A stretch of DNA of 64,000 bases from Candidatus Versatilivorator sp. (lineage in GTDB: Bacteria; Acidobacteriota; Terriglobia; Versatilivoradales; Versatilivoraceae): the NCBI GenBank assembly GCA_965207735.1, contig OZ242296.1, positions 3,392,001 through 3,456,000 of the forward strand, written 5' to 3'. Below, piece by piece: positions 1 through 10,559 of this stretch; position 1 is the first letter of the stretch, and each line of letters opens with the position of its first letter. Made by a program: the position numbers and the translations under genes. Below the pieces are notes generated by a model. That model was not told where the DNA came from. It did no database searches and saw nothing but the letters and a program-made list of their open reading frames with translations.

Positions 1-1386
1 TATGTCTGGTATCGGGCGGGACGGATACTGAAGCAGCTCGTCGAGGACGGCCACGATCCCCTCAAGATCATGGTGGACCGCTGCCACCAGCAGGGTATTC
101 TGATGATCGCCAGCACCTGGGTGAGCCTGCAGGGAGGGACCCGCGAAAAAAACGAAGGCCTGGGCCGATGGTCGGCCTTCGCCATGGACAACCCGCAGTA
201 CCACGTGGGAGATGATCCCGACCCCCGTGCCAGGGATATCAACAAGACGCGCTTCAATTTCATGCACGAGGCGGTGCGGGAGGAACGGTTTCCGGTTTTC
301 GAGGAGCTGCTGTCCCGCTATGAGACCGACGGCATCGAGCTGAATCTGACCTCGGCCACGCCCTTCTGCCGCTTCGATCAGGCCGGGGAGATGGCGCCGG
401 TGATGACCCAATGGATCCGGGAACTGCGCAAGGTGGCCGACAAGGCCCAGCAGGCGCAGGGACGGCGAAAGCGCATCTACGCCCGCGTCCCTGCCCACCC
501 GGACGCCTGGAAGCTGGTGGGCTACGAGGTTCCCACCTGGATTTCGGAGAAACTGGTGGACGGTCTCTTCTGTGAAGGCAGCTACACCGAGGACGAGGGA
601 ATCGTGCAGGACGTGGATTGCACCCGGGTGGTGAAGCTCACCCGTGAGACCGGAACCCGCGCCTACTTTTCCATGCACAACGGGCTGGGCCGGCAGTTCG
701 CCCGATACGCCACCCCCGAAATGATCTGGGCCGGCGCCGCCACCGCCTACGATCAGGGGGTGGACGGCGTCGCCATGGCCGACCACCTCTGGACCCCCCA
801 AGGATGGCCCTGGACGGCCCAGGAATACGACACCCTGCGCCTGTTGCCTCACCCGGAACTGCTGGCCACGGCCGACAAGCTCTACATGGTTCGGACCCGC
901 AAGGAGCAGGACACCTCCATGGACTGGTTGCCCGACAGGTCGAAGGGTCTGCCCCAGGAGCTTGCCGAGGGGGCCTCGACCGAGGTCTCCTTCCCCATGG
1001 CGGACGATATCGAGCACTGGCGAAAGCTGGGACGGGTTCGCTCGGTGGTCCTGAGGGTGCGCTTCGGGGGCATCGTCCCGGACATCGATCGGGTCCGGGT
1101 CGAGTTCAACGGCGAGGTACTCCCCGATTCCATCCTGCAGAAGGTGGACATGACCTATCGGCTGGTGGGCCAGAATTCCAGCTCCCATTCCATCGGACCC
1201 TACGGATACGGCTACGACTACCATCTGGGTCCGGAGTTCACACCCAAGAAGGGCCGCAACAGGCTGAAGGTCACCGTTCTGAAGAGGGACCGCGACATCC
1301 AGGGGAACCTTTCCCTGGTCCGTGTCGACTGCAGAGTGGCCTATCGACGCCACCGCCACTTCGAAGAACGGCCTATTGAGTATTGA
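1..1386 (+). CDS. GHL10/DUF187-like TIM-barrel protein (5'-truncated by window edge); paralog of 33310..35034
   Basis: Frame is open from base 1 (YVWYRAGRILKQLVEDGHDPLKIMVDRCH...). Shares blocks with the 33.3-35.0 kb protein: DPL..C..AH..G, NF.HE.VREERF, DGIEL, P...A..DK.Y and a C-terminal beta domain. Confidence 0.6.
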   Translation, partial: YVWYRAGRILKQLVEDGHDPLKIMVDRCHQQGILMIASTWVSLQGGTREKNEGLGRWSAFAMDNPQYHVGDDPDPRARDINKTRFNFMHEAVREERFPVFEELLSRYETDGIELNLTSATPFCRFDQAGEMAPVMTQWIRELRKVADKAQQAQGRRKRIYARVPAHPDAWKLVGYEVPTWISEKLVDGLFCEGSYTEDEGIVQDVDCTRVVKLTRETGTRAYFSMHNGLGRQFARYATPEMIWAGAATAYDQGVDGVAMADHLWTPQGWPWTAQEYDTLRLLPHPELLATADKLYMVRTRKEQDTSMDWLPDRSKGLPQELAEGASTEVSFPMADDIEHWRKLGRVRSVVLRVRFGGIVPDIDRVRVEFNGEVLPDSILQKVDMTYRLVGQNSSSHSIGPYGYGYDYHLGPEFTPKKGRNRLKVTVLKRDRDIQGNLSLVRVDCRVAYRRHRHFEERPIEY

Positions 1387-1418
1387 GGTCCGGTGAAATT
1401 TGCGGGCTGGGGCCGGCG

Positions 1419-2933
1419 TCAGCCGGCAAGCGCATGGTAGACCGGTTGGAGTTGCTGCTGGATCTCCCGGTATCGCTGAAAGAGCGCAGTGTAGCCTCGG
1501 GCTCGCTCGGGGTCGGGTGAAACGATCTCGAGGTTCTGCCTGGACCCGGCCAGCGCTTGGGAGACATCCGAGAAGAGGCCGATTCCCACCAGCCCCAGCA
1601 GCGCCGCGCCATAGGCGGAGTCCGTCACCCGAGATACCTGCAGGGGCTTCCCCAGCACGTCGCAGACGATCCGGGTCCACAGCTTGCCCGCCGTGCCGCC
1701 GCCCACCACCGTGATGGTCCCCCGCGGGCCTCCCAGGTCATCCAGCACCCCCAGCGCATCCCGCAGGGAGAAGGCCGTGCCCTCGTAGGCGGCCCGAACG
1801 AAGTGCTCGGGACGGTGGCCGAAGGTGGCTCCGGTAAAGCTGGCCCGCAGCCGGCCGTCCCAGTAGGGACAGCGCTCGCCCGAAAGGTAGGGGTGGAAGA
1901 ACAGCCCCTCGGCCCCCTGCGGAACGGATTCCACGCCCGAATCCCACTCCTGGAAGGTCCCCGGCCGGCCGGCGCCCACGCTCCGGAACACCCACTGGAG
2001 AGCTGAAGTGCAGGAGTTGGTGCCGGCTTGAGAGTACCAGAGCGGGGCCACCGGATGAGGGTAGGTGATGAGTCCGGGGTGAGGGTGGGGCTCCTCCAGG
2101 ACCAGGTGGATCCCTCCCGCCGTGGCCAGCCGCAGCAGGCAGTCGCCGGGGCGAACCACCCCGGCGCCGTAGGTCTCAGCCGCGCTGTCCAGGGTTCCGT
2201 TGATCACCGGAACCCCGGCGGGAATTCCCAGGTCCTCGGCTGCAGCGGCCGCCAGCGAGCCGACCTGCGCCGTGGAGGGGTGCACCCGGGGCAGCACCTC
2301 GTCCGTCAGCCCCAACGGCTCCAGCAAGGGTCGGGACCAACTTCCGGCATGGGCGTCAAAGAGCAGGGAGGAAAGGGCGGTGGCGGGATCGGTCGTCCAC
2401 CGGCCCGTGAGCCATTTCGACAGGTAATCCTTGGAAAGAGCCACCCGGCGGACCCTGGACCACACCTCCGGTTCCTGCCGCCGCACCCACAGGAGCTGGG
2501 GCAGCGTCCAGGTGGGAGAGACACTGTTGTGGGACACCCTGAAGATCTCCTGGCCCCGTTGAGACTTCAGCTCCTCCACCTCGCTCAGGGAGCGCTGGTC
2601 ATACCACAGGATGGCGTTTCTCAGGGGACTGCCGCCGGCATCCAGCAGCACCGGAATGTGGGCAGCGCTGGACAGGGAAATCCCTTCGACCTGATCGGGC
2701 GGAACCGGGCTTTCCGACAGAAGCCGGCGGGTGGCCCCGGTGACTGCAGGCACCCAGTGTTGGGGGTCCTGCTCGGCCCAGCCGGCCCGCGGGGTGAGGG
2801 TGGGATAACCCGCGCTGCGCGCCCCCAGGCGCCGGCCCGAAGCATCCACCGCGCACACTTTGCAGGAGGAGGTGCCCAGATCGATCCCCAGAAGGAAGGG
2901 AGGGCGACCGGGCTGGATGGTGTCGGTGCTCAT
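1419..2933 (-). CDS. FGGY-family carbohydrate kinase (xylulokinase-like)
   Basis: GIDLGTSSCK, AILWYDQR, PYLSGERCP, VGGG and AYGAALL motifs. Confidence 0.9.
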   Translation of the reverse strand: MSTDTIQPGRPPFLLGIDLGTSSCKVCAVDASGRRLGARSAGYPTLTPRAGWAEQDPQHWVPAVTGATRRLLSESPVPPDQVEGISLSSAAHIPVLLDAGGSPLRNAILWYDQRSLSEVEELKSQRGQEIFRVSHNSVSPTWTLPQLLWVRRQEPEVWSRVRRVALSKDYLSKWLTGRWTTDPATALSSLLFDAHAGSWSRPLLEPLGLTDEVLPRVHPSTAQVGSLAAAAAEDLGIPAGVPVINGTLDSAAETYGAGVVRPGDCLLRLATAGGIHLVLEEPHPHPGLITYPHPVAPLWYSQAGTNSCTSALQWVFRSVGAGRPGTFQEWDSGVESVPQGAEGLFFHPYLSGERCPYWDGRLRASFTGATFGHRPEHFVRAAYEGTAFSLRDALGVLDDLGGPRGTITVVGGGTAGKLWTRIVCDVLGKPLQVSRVTDSAYGAALLGLVGIGLFSDVSQALAGSRQNLEIVSPDPERARGYTALFQRYREIQQQLQPVYHALAG

Positions 2934-3017
2934 CGGTCCTCGGTTTTCAGCCCGGAAACCGGGGCATGACCGGAGACAGCGCGGTGGGTGGAATACTCCG
3001 GTTCAGGCCGATCCGGC

Positions 3018-3953
3018 TTATCGGGACGGCTCCGACCCGGCCACGCGGGTCAGGCCGTGCCGCTCCAGGAATTCACTGATGATGGTGTGGGCCCGCAGCG
3101 TCTCTTCCGGACTGAAGGGCCCGTGCGGTCCCTCGGGTATGGTCACCAGGCGATTGGGGACACCGGCCTCGGTCAAGGCCTGGTGCAACCGAACGGCCTG
3201 CTGGTAGGGTACCAGCGGATCGTTCTCGCCGTGAACCGTCAGGATGGGGGGCAGCCCCGGGCGGACGTAGGTCAGCGGAGAGACCCTTCTGGCCAGCGAC
3301 TCCCTGTCCGGCCGCACTCCCAGCCAACGGAGCGCATATCTCTGAAGGTTGTCGCCCTGGATCAGATCCAGCACATCGGTGATGCCGTACCAGTTGACGA
3401 TGGCGGCCACCTTGGGTTCTCCCTTGCCCAGGCAGCGGTAGTCCAGTCCGGCCGCGGTCGTCAGCATGCCGGTGGTCAGAGCCAGGTGCCCCCCGGCCGA
3501 ATGGCCGGAGACCACGATGCGGTCGGGATCCAGGTTGTACTGGCCGGCGTGGTCCAGAACCCAGCGCAGGGCGCAGCGGCAGTCCTCCACCGCGGCCGGC
3601 GCCAGCGAAACCCCGCTCAACCGGTACTCGACGTTCACCACCGCCCACCCCATTTCGAGGTAGGGCAGCAGCCTCAGTATGGGCTCGTCCTTGTCGCCGG
3701 TGTACCAGCCTCCGCCGTGAAAGTAAACCAGCGTGGGCGCGGGCTCGCTCAGCCCGGTCGGCTGGTACAGATCCAGCTCGGCCTGCCAGTTGCTGGCGGT
3801 GAGATAGGTGATGTCCGGCTGCACCCGGTAGTTCTTGAAGGCAGTGGCCGCCCAGGCGGCCCTGGGGGAAAGCTGCCCCCAGGCCGGCAAGGCCCAGGCC
3901 ATTGTTAAAACCATTGCCGGAATGCCCGCGCGCAAGAATAGGCTTTGGAACAC
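3018..3953 (-). CDS. Secreted alpha/beta hydrolase (HSL/BD-FAE-like esterase)
   Basis: HGGGW oxyanion motif, GHSAGG nucleophile elbow, HGENDPLVP, terminal H; N-terminal signal-like stretch. Confidence 0.88.
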   Translation of the reverse strand: MFQSLFLRAGIPAMVLTMAWALPAWGQLSPRAAWAATAFKNYRVQPDITYLTASNWQAELDLYQPTGLSEPAPTLVYFHGGGWYTGDKDEPILRLLPYLEMGWAVVNVEYRLSGVSLAPAAVEDCRCALRWVLDHAGQYNLDPDRIVVSGHSAGGHLALTTGMLTTAAGLDYRCLGKGEPKVAAIVNWYGITDVLDLIQGDNLQRYALRWLGVRPDRESLARRVSPLTYVRPGLPPILTVHGENDPLVPYQQAVRLHQALTEAGVPNRLVTIPEGPHGPFSPEETLRAHTIISEFLERHGLTRVAGSEPSR

Positions 3954-3969
3954 TTCTCCTCCTTCCTCC

Positions 3970-5412
3970 CTATACCAGAATGTCGTGGACCACGTTGCCG
4001 TAAACGTCGGTCAGACGCATGTCGCGGCCGCTGAAATGGTAGGTCAGCTTCGTATGGTCCAGACCCAGCAGATGGAGGATGGTGGCATGGAGGTCATGGA
4101 CATGCACCTTGTTCTCGACCGCGTAGTAGCCATACTCATCGGTGGCTCCGTAGACGGTTCCGGGCTTGACCCCGCCCCCGGCCAGCCACATGGTGAAGCC
4201 GAAGGGATTGTGGTCCCGGCCTACCTGGGAGAGGTCGCCGTCGTCCGGGGTCTGGGCCGTGGGGGTCCTCCCGAACTCACCGCCCCAGACCACCAGGGTC
4301 TGATCCAGCAGCCCGCGCGCCTTGAGATCCTTCAACAGTCCGGCAATGGGCTTGTCGGTGGCCTTGGCGTTGATTCGGTGGCGCTCTTGCAGACGGATGT
4401 GCTGGTCCCAGCGGTCGATCCGCCGTTGGGGGCTGAGGCATTCGATGAAGCGCACACCCCTCTCCACCAGGCGGCGGGCCAGCAGGCACTCCCGTCCGAA
4501 CTCCTCGGTTTCGGGCTCATCCAGCCCGTAGAGCTTCCGGGTCGCTTCCGATTCGTCACCCATGTCCAGCAGCTCCGGGACGGCCGATTGCATGCGGAAG
4601 GCCAACTCGTAGTTGGCGATGGTGGCCTCCAGCTCGCTGACCGCGCCAAAGCGGCCCACCACGCCGGCATTCAGCTTGCGGATGAGGTCCAGCTTGTCGA
4701 GCTGCAGCTCGGGGGCAGCCTCGCGAGGCCGGATGTCGGCGATCGGGTGCCGCCCCTTGCGGAACAGGGTTCCCTGGTAGGAGGCCGGTAGAAAGCCGCT
4801 GCCGAACAGATCGAGCCCTCCGGGAGGAACCATTTCGCTTTCCAGCACAATGAAGCCGGGGAGGTTGTCCGACTCGCTTCCCAGGCCGTAGGTCACCCAG
4901 GACCCCAGGCTGGGCCGGCCCTGAAAGCCGGTCCCGGAATGCATGAAGTAGTTGGCGGCGGTGTGCTCGGAGTGGTCGGCCACCATGGACCGAACGAAGG
5001 TCATGTCATCCACGCAGGTGGCCAGATGGGGAAAGAGCTCGCTGACCGCGGCGCCCGAGTGGCCGTAGCGCTTGAAGCTGTAAGGCGACCCCAGCACCAT
5101 CCGGCTGATCTGGAAAACAGTGGCCGGCGTCTCCATCCGGATGGGTTGGCCGCTCTCCTTCTGCAGCCTGGGCTTGGGGTCGAAGGTGTCCATCTGCGAG
5201 GGCCCCCCGTCCATGAAGAGAAAGATCACCGACCTGGCCTTGGGCGGATGGTGAGTGACTCTGGGAGCCAGAGGAGAGGTCGAGGTTCCGGCGGCCAGGC
5301 CCTGCTTCTCGGCCAGGAGGCAGGACAGGGCCAGGCCGCCGAAGCCGTTGGCGCACCGCCACAGCATTTCTCGGCGGCTGATTCCAGGCGGGGAAGTATT
5401 TGCCCAATGCAT
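3970..5412 (-). CDS. DUF1501 domain protein (Tat signal)
   Basis: SRREML Tat motif; GGPSQMDTFDPKP, GEFGRTP, GRDHNP, DLHATILHLLG and RLTDVYG motifs. Confidence 0.92.
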   Translation of the reverse strand: MHWANTSPPGISRREMLWRCANGFGGLALSCLLAEKQGLAAGTSTSPLAPRVTHHPPKARSVIFLFMDGGPSQMDTFDPKPRLQKESGQPIRMETPATVFQISRMVLGSPYSFKRYGHSGAAVSELFPHLATCVDDMTFVRSMVADHSEHTAANYFMHSGTGFQGRPSLGSWVTYGLGSESDNLPGFIVLESEMVPPGGLDLFGSGFLPASYQGTLFRKGRHPIADIRPREAAPELQLDKLDLIRKLNAGVVGRFGAVSELEATIANYELAFRMQSAVPELLDMGDESEATRKLYGLDEPETEEFGRECLLARRLVERGVRFIECLSPQRRIDRWDQHIRLQERHRINAKATDKPIAGLLKDLKARGLLDQTLVVWGGEFGRTPTAQTPDDGDLSQVGRDHNPFGFTMWLAGGGVKPGTVYGATDEYGYYAVENKVHVHDLHATILHLLGLDHTKLTYHFSGRDMRLTDVYGNVVHDILV

Positions 5413-5421
5413 GTCAGTCCC

Positions 5422-8400
5422 TCAACGCAGATAAATGAATTCAGCCGAGTTCATCAAGGCGTGGCCCAGGTCGGCCCACACCCGTTGCTCCACGCTCTCC
5501 GTATTCTTTTCTTTGTCTCCCAGACTGCGGTATCGGTCCCCCGCTGAAGCCGCAAACTGCAGCAGGTCCCTCACCTCTCGCGGCTCCGGACGCCGGCCGT
5601 AGGCTTCCAGCACCATGCGCTCGGCTCGCCGGCCGGGGACGGTTTCCTCCGCGACCATGCGCCGGGCCCAAGCTTGCGCTTCCCCGGCAATGAACTCGTT
5701 GTTCAGCATCATCAGGGCCTGGGAAGGGACGGTGGAGACCCCTCTGCGCCCGATGGTCGAAATGGGCGGGGGGTAGTCGAACGCCAGAAACAGGGGCGTC
5801 AGGAAGTTGCGGCGGACCTGCACGTACAAGCTGCGACGGCCGTTCCCGTCCAGCGGTCCCGACTTGGGCTTGCCCCGGCCGTCCTGATAGGGGCTGATGT
5901 GGGGCGGCACGCTGGGACCGAAGAGTTGGCGATCGAGGTTGCCGCTCACGGCCAGGACGGAATCGCGGACCGCCTCGGCTTCCAGCCTGCGCACGGAGAC
6001 GTGATGGAGCAGCCGGTTGTCGGGATCGAGACTCAAGGCCCGAGCCTCCTGCCGGCCCGACATCCGGTAGGTGCTGCTCAGCAGAATCAGGCGCTGGACG
6101 GCCTTGACCGACCACCCCTCCCTCACGAAGCGATGGGCCAGGAAATCCAACAGCTCGGGGTGGCTGGGCCGGTCTCCCTGCTTGCCGAAATTGTCCACCG
6201 AGCGCACCAAGCCTTGCCCGAAGTGGTGCTTCCAGATGCGATTGACCATCACCCGGGCCGTGAGCGGATTGCGCGGGTCGACCAGCCGGTCGGCCAACTG
6301 CAGTCGGCCGCTTCCCTTCAGGATGGGGGGCTGTTCCTTCCCGGCCAGGATCTGCAGGAAGCGCCGCGGAACCTCCGGGCCCAGGTTCTTGTGATCCCCG
6401 CTCAGGTGGACGCGCACGTTGCGCGGATCCCTGTCCTGACTGCACATGGCGAACAGGGAAGGCGGAACCCGGTCGTCCAGAACCTGGCGTTGACCCTGCA
6501 TCCGCGCCACCGTTTCCCGCCCGTCCTTCCACAGGAGGGCGCCGAGGTCCTCCAGCCGGCCGCTCGGACTGAGGGAGGCCAGCAGCCAGCGGTGCCCCGG
6601 GGTCAGCGGGCCCGCGGCGTCCAGAGCCTCCAGGAAAAGGTCCCGGTAGGTTCGAGCCAGAAACCCCAGGGAGGAGGGGTTCCCCGAGACGATCCTTTGC
6701 AGCACTTCCAGGTGGGGGGCGTCCAGGTGGAGAGGAGGCTCCTTGGAGTTGGAGAAGACGATCTTGTCCACGACGATGTGCCCGGCGGCGCTGCGGTCCA
6801 GAATCTCGAAATGGCAGATTCGGCCCACCTGAATGGTCATCCGGGAGGTCTTCCACTGCAGTCGGCCGCCCTGCGGAATGAAGTTCGAACTCCTGACGCC
6901 GTCCGCAATCAGGCTTAGGCTCAAGGGAGGGAACGGTCGGCTGACTGCCGATTCCTCGGGTTTGCTTCCGGCCAACCTGACGTGCAGGTAGGTGCCATGC
7001 TCCCGGTAGTCCCGGGGGAGCTCAGGCACGGTGAACTTGCGGGAGGTCAGGCTGCCCATGAATCGGTTGGACCCGGCGCCAAAGGAGTTGGCCAGGGGCT
7101 GGCCCTGGTAGCTGCGGAGGGCCTGGTTGGACGGAATCCCCCGCTCCGGTCCGGTCCCGAAGGCCTGTCCCTGCACGGTCCATCCCTGGTAGTCGGGTTT
7201 GCCGAAATCCTCGAAGAGCACGTCCACCCGCTCTGGACCGTCGGACTCAGCTTTCGCCTCCGGCTTGTCCCTTTTTCCCAACTGGCCGCGAACCGCCTCC
7301 AGCCCCTCGGCAAATGAGCCGAATCGCCGGCTGGCCAGACCATCAATCAGGGCGGCCACTGGGTAGAACAGATCCTCCGGCTCCCCGCAAGCCTGCCGGA
7401 GGGTTTCGACCCAGGCTTGCAACAGGCCGGCATCCAACAGCCGCCGGCCGGCCAACTCGGCGACCTCGAAGGGCCCGCCCGAGGCCCGGGGGGAGGCCAG
7501 CTCGGCCGCCGCCAGCAGGTAGGGCTCGATCTGCCGGGCCATGCTCCAGCGGACCGGTTGCAGCAGAGTCCGGATGCCGGAGGTGCGATCCCGGATCTCC
7601 CGCCGGAGGGAGGCGATCTCCTGCCGCCGGGAAGCCGAATCGATGACCGCCTGGGCAAAATCGGTGCTGTGCAGCACACCGGCCAAGGCGTAGTAGTCGG
7701 TGGTGGGGATGGGGTCGAACTTGTGGTCGTGGCAGCGGGCGCAGGCCACTGTCAGGCCCAGGAAGGCCTTGGAGAGTACGTCGATCTGGTTGTCGACCTC
7801 GTCGGCCCGGGCCTTGACCGAGTCGATGGCGCCGTTGAGGCGTTCCCCCAGCCAGAAAAAACTGGTGCCGACCGGAGATTCCCAGTGGATTCCATCGGGC
7901 CCCAAACGCTTTTCCGCCAGCAGGTCTCCGGCGATGTGCTCGCGAACGAAGCGGTCATAGGGAACGTCCTGGTTGAAGGCCCGAATCACGGCGTCGCGGT
8001 AGCGCCAGACATCGGGCTTGGTGCGGTCGAACTCGTGACCGTCGGTTTCAGCAAAGCTGACCAGATCCAGCCAATGGCGTCCCCAGCGCTCGCCGTAGTG
8101 GGGAGAGGCCAGTAGCCGTTCCACGACCTTCAGGTGGCTTTCAGGGGAATCGTCGGCTTCAAACCGCTCGACTTCGCCTGTTGCAGGCGGCAGGCCGGTC
8201 AAACCGAAGGTGACCCGGCGGAGCCAGCTACGCTTGTCGGCTGGCGGGGCCGGTTTCAGTTCCTTGGACTCCAATCTGGAGAGCACGAAGTTGTCGACGG
8301 GAGAGGAAACCCAGCGGCTGTCCTTGACCGCCGGCAGCGGGGGATCCTGGATCGGGCGAAAAGACCAGAACCGGCGGCCCGCTTCCCAGTCGATGCCCCC

Positions 8401-8805
8401 AACGGGGTCGATCGAAGCCGATGCGGACTCGGGAAAGAATGCCCCCAACTTCACCCACCGGACCAAGTCCTCGATTTCCCGATCGTTCAGCCGGCCCGTG
8501 GGTGGCATCTTGAGCTCGGGGTCCTCGAAGGAGACGGCCCGGATCAGCAGGCTCTCCTCCGGCCTGCCTGGCGCAACGGCCGGTCCTCGGGTGCCGCCAG
8601 CCAGCATGGCCTCGGCCGAGTCCAGCCTCAACCCTCCCATGGGACTGGGAGATTCCCGGCTGTGACAGGCATGGCAGCGTTCGATCAGCAGCGGTCGGAT
8701 GCGCTTCTCGAAGAACTCGGCCTGGACGGGATCCGAGGCGCCCAGCCCCACCGGCGCCGAAAAGACGACCAGCCAGGCGGCGATACTGAGCCGTTGGAAA
8801 GACAT
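5422..8805 (-). CDS. PSD1/PSCyt (DUF1549-DUF1553) planctomycete-type cytochrome c domain protein
   Basis: FFEKRIRP...CHACH, YGERWGRHWLD, CARCHDHKFDPI, ARVMVNRIWKHHFG, PSHPELLD and NSAEFIY; typical pairing with DUF1501. Confidence 0.92.
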   Translation of the reverse strand: MSFQRLSIAAWLVVFSAPVGLGASDPVQAEFFEKRIRPLLIERCHACHSRESPSPMGGLRLDSAEAMLAGGTRGPAVAPGRPEESLLIRAVSFEDPELKMPPTGRLNDREIEDLVRWVKLGAFFPESASASIDPVGGIDWEAGRRFWSFRPIQDPPLPAVKDSRWVSSPVDNFVLSRLESKELKPAPPADKRSWLRRVTFGLTGLPPATGEVERFEADDSPESHLKVVERLLASPHYGERWGRHWLDLVSFAETDGHEFDRTKPDVWRYRDAVIRAFNQDVPYDRFVREHIAGDLLAEKRLGPDGIHWESPVGTSFFWLGERLNGAIDSVKARADEVDNQIDVLSKAFLGLTVACARCHDHKFDPIPTTDYYALAGVLHSTDFAQAVIDSASRRQEIASLRREIRDRTSGIRTLLQPVRWSMARQIEPYLLAAAELASPRASGGPFEVAELAGRRLLDAGLLQAWVETLRQACGEPEDLFYPVAALIDGLASRRFGSFAEGLEAVRGQLGKRDKPEAKAESDGPERVDVLFEDFGKPDYQGWTVQGQAFGTGPERGIPSNQALRSYQGQPLANSFGAGSNRFMGSLTSRKFTVPELPRDYREHGTYLHVRLAGSKPEESAVSRPFPPLSLSLIADGVRSSNFIPQGGRLQWKTSRMTIQVGRICHFEILDRSAAGHIVVDKIVFSNSKEPPLHLDAPHLEVLQRIVSGNPSSLGFLARTYRDLFLEALDAAGPLTPGHRWLLASLSPSGRLEDLGALLWKDGRETVARMQGQRQVLDDRVPPSLFAMCSQDRDPRNVRVHLSGDHKNLGPEVPRRFLQILAGKEQPPILKGSGRLQLADRLVDPRNPLTARVMVNRIWKHHFGQGLVRSVDNFGKQGDRPSHPELLDFLAHRFVREGWSVKAVQRLILLSSTYRMSGRQEARALSLDPDNRLLHHVSVRRLEAEAVRDSVLAVSGNLDRQLFGPSVPPHISPYQDGRGKPKSGPLDGNGRRSLYVQVRRNFLTPLFLAFDYPPPISTIGRRGVSTVPSQALMMLNNEFIAGEAQAWARRMVAEETVPGRRAERMVLEAYGRRPEPREVRDLLQFAASAGDRYRSLGDKEKNTESVEQRVWADLGHALMNSAEFIYLR

Positions 8806-8997
8806 GCCGAGGGTTCCCCGTGGGAAGAGGCGTCCGCGAGTCCGCGACTCTGCGGCGCCTCCTGCATAGTCTATCCAAGCCCATGCAGGGGCTCAAGAGC
8901 GCTTTTCAGCAGCCACGGGCTGCTTGACTCGCCGAACGGCCCTTCCTAGAATCCCGGAGCTGACGGCCTTGACGGAATTCGGATTGGAGTTGAACCC

Positions 8998-10521
8998 TTG
9001 GGATTCCTGCACCCCCTGGACTGGACCCTCTTTGGCGGCTACCTGGTGGCTGTGCTGGCCCTGGGCCTGTGGTTCGCCCGGGAGCAGCACTCCAACGAGG
9101 ACTTTTTCCTGGGGGGGCGGAAAATGTCCTGGATGCCGGTGGGCCTTTCCATGTTCGCCTCCATCTTCAGCTCCAATTCCTTCGTGGGCCTTCCCACCCA
9201 GGCGGCCTTCGGCAACTACCACATCTACTTCGCCATCATTACCATTCCGTTCCTGGTGGTGCCGGTGGTCGGCTGGGTCTTCGTGCCGCTGTTCCACCGC
9301 CTGGGGGTGACCAGCGCCTACGAATACCTGGAGCTGCGCTTCAACCGGCCCATCCGGCTGATCGGCAGTTCGCTGTTCATGATCTACACCTTCGCCTGGA
9401 TGGGGAACCTCCTCTACGCCGTCAGCCACGTCATCGAACCGGTGCTGGGTCTGAGCACGGACGACCTGGCCACCACGGCCTGGCTGCTGGTGGGCATCGG
9501 CGCCTTCGCCACCCTGTACACGGCCCTGGGAGGGTTCAAGGCCGTGATCTGGACCGACATCTTCCAAGCCGTCGCCCTCGGAGGCGGGATGCTGGCCGTG
9601 CTGTGGCTGGCGCTGGGCCGGATCGAGGGAGGCTGGGATGGAATGATCGCGGTGGGGCAGGCTCAGGGCAAGTTCGAGATGTTCGACCTTCGCTTCGACA
9701 TGTCCCCGGGCGTGGACAATGTCTATTCCTCGCTGGCCATCGGCCTGTTCGCTTTCTTCCCCTGGTACGCGGTGACGCTGACGGCGGTGCAGCGCTACGT
9801 GTCCATGCCCACGCCGCGCGCGGCCCAGCGCTCCCTGATCGTCAACGGGGTGATGTCGGGAGCCGTGTGCCTGATCTTCTTCCTGGTGGGCTCCACTCTC
9901 TATGCCTTCTACCACCAGGACGTCCCGGGGGCCGCCACAGCCGCCGCGGGTTTTCCCCCGCTCCATCAAAATCAGATCCTGCCCAACTTCGTGCTGACCG
10001 AGATCGCCCAGGTGGGCCTGCTGGGGCTGTTGTTGTCGGGACTGTTCGCGGCTGCCATGAGCAGCATCGACAGCGGCATCAACGCCCTGACCGCCACCGT
10101 GGTCTGCGACTGGATGTCCAACCGCCAACTCGAGGTGGGGTTCAGCCGGCTGCTCTGCGGTGTCTTCGGCGCCGGCGGCATCCTGGCAGCGGTGTTGATC
10201 CTCTACTTGCAGTCGGAGGTCTACCAGCTCATCATCAGCCTGTCGGGAACCTTTCTGGGCCTGCTGCTGGGCATCTTCCTGCTGGGAATGCTGTCCAAGC
10301 GGGCCAATGGGTCGGGCGTGCTGATCGGCCTGGCGGCGGGTTCCCTGACCCTGGCCCTGACCTGGACCCACGTCGGCGGCCAATGGTACGGCGCCTTCAC
10401 CTGCCTGCCCACGGTGGCGGTGGGCTGGCTGGCCAGCCGTTATTTCGAGGCCCCACCCGCCTCCAAGTTGAAGGGGCTGGTGTTGGGCCAGCGCCTGCAG
10501 AGGGAAGACCCTCTGGGGTAA
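8998..10521 (+). CDS. Sodium:solute symporter family transporter
   Basis: FFLGGR, SAYEYLELRF, GGFKAVIWTD, VQRY and AAAMSSIDSGIN motifs; many TM helices; TTG start. Confidence 0.92.
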   Translation: MGFLHPLDWTLFGGYLVAVLALGLWFAREQHSNEDFFLGGRKMSWMPVGLSMFASIFSSNSFVGLPTQAAFGNYHIYFAIITIPFLVVPVVGWVFVPLFHRLGVTSAYEYLELRFNRPIRLIGSSLFMIYTFAWMGNLLYAVSHVIEPVLGLSTDDLATTAWLLVGIGAFATLYTALGGFKAVIWTDIFQAVALGGGMLAVLWLALGRIEGGWDGMIAVGQAQGKFEMFDLRFDMSPGVDNVYSSLAIGLFAFFPWYAVTLTAVQRYVSMPTPRAAQRSLIVNGVMSGAVCLIFFLVGSTLYAFYHQDVPGAATAAAGFPPLHQNQILPNFVLTEIAQVGLLGLLLSGLFAAAMSSIDSGINALTATVVCDWMSNRQLEVGFSRLLCGVFGAGGILAAVLILYLQSEVYQLIISLSGTFLGLLLGIFLLGMLSKRANGSGVLIGLAAGSLTLALTWTHVGGQWYGAFTCLPTVAVGWLASRYFEAPPASKLKGLVLGQRLQREDPLG

Positions 10522-10559
10522 TCGTCAGGGGCGGGACTGGCTTGTCATTTCCCAACCGG

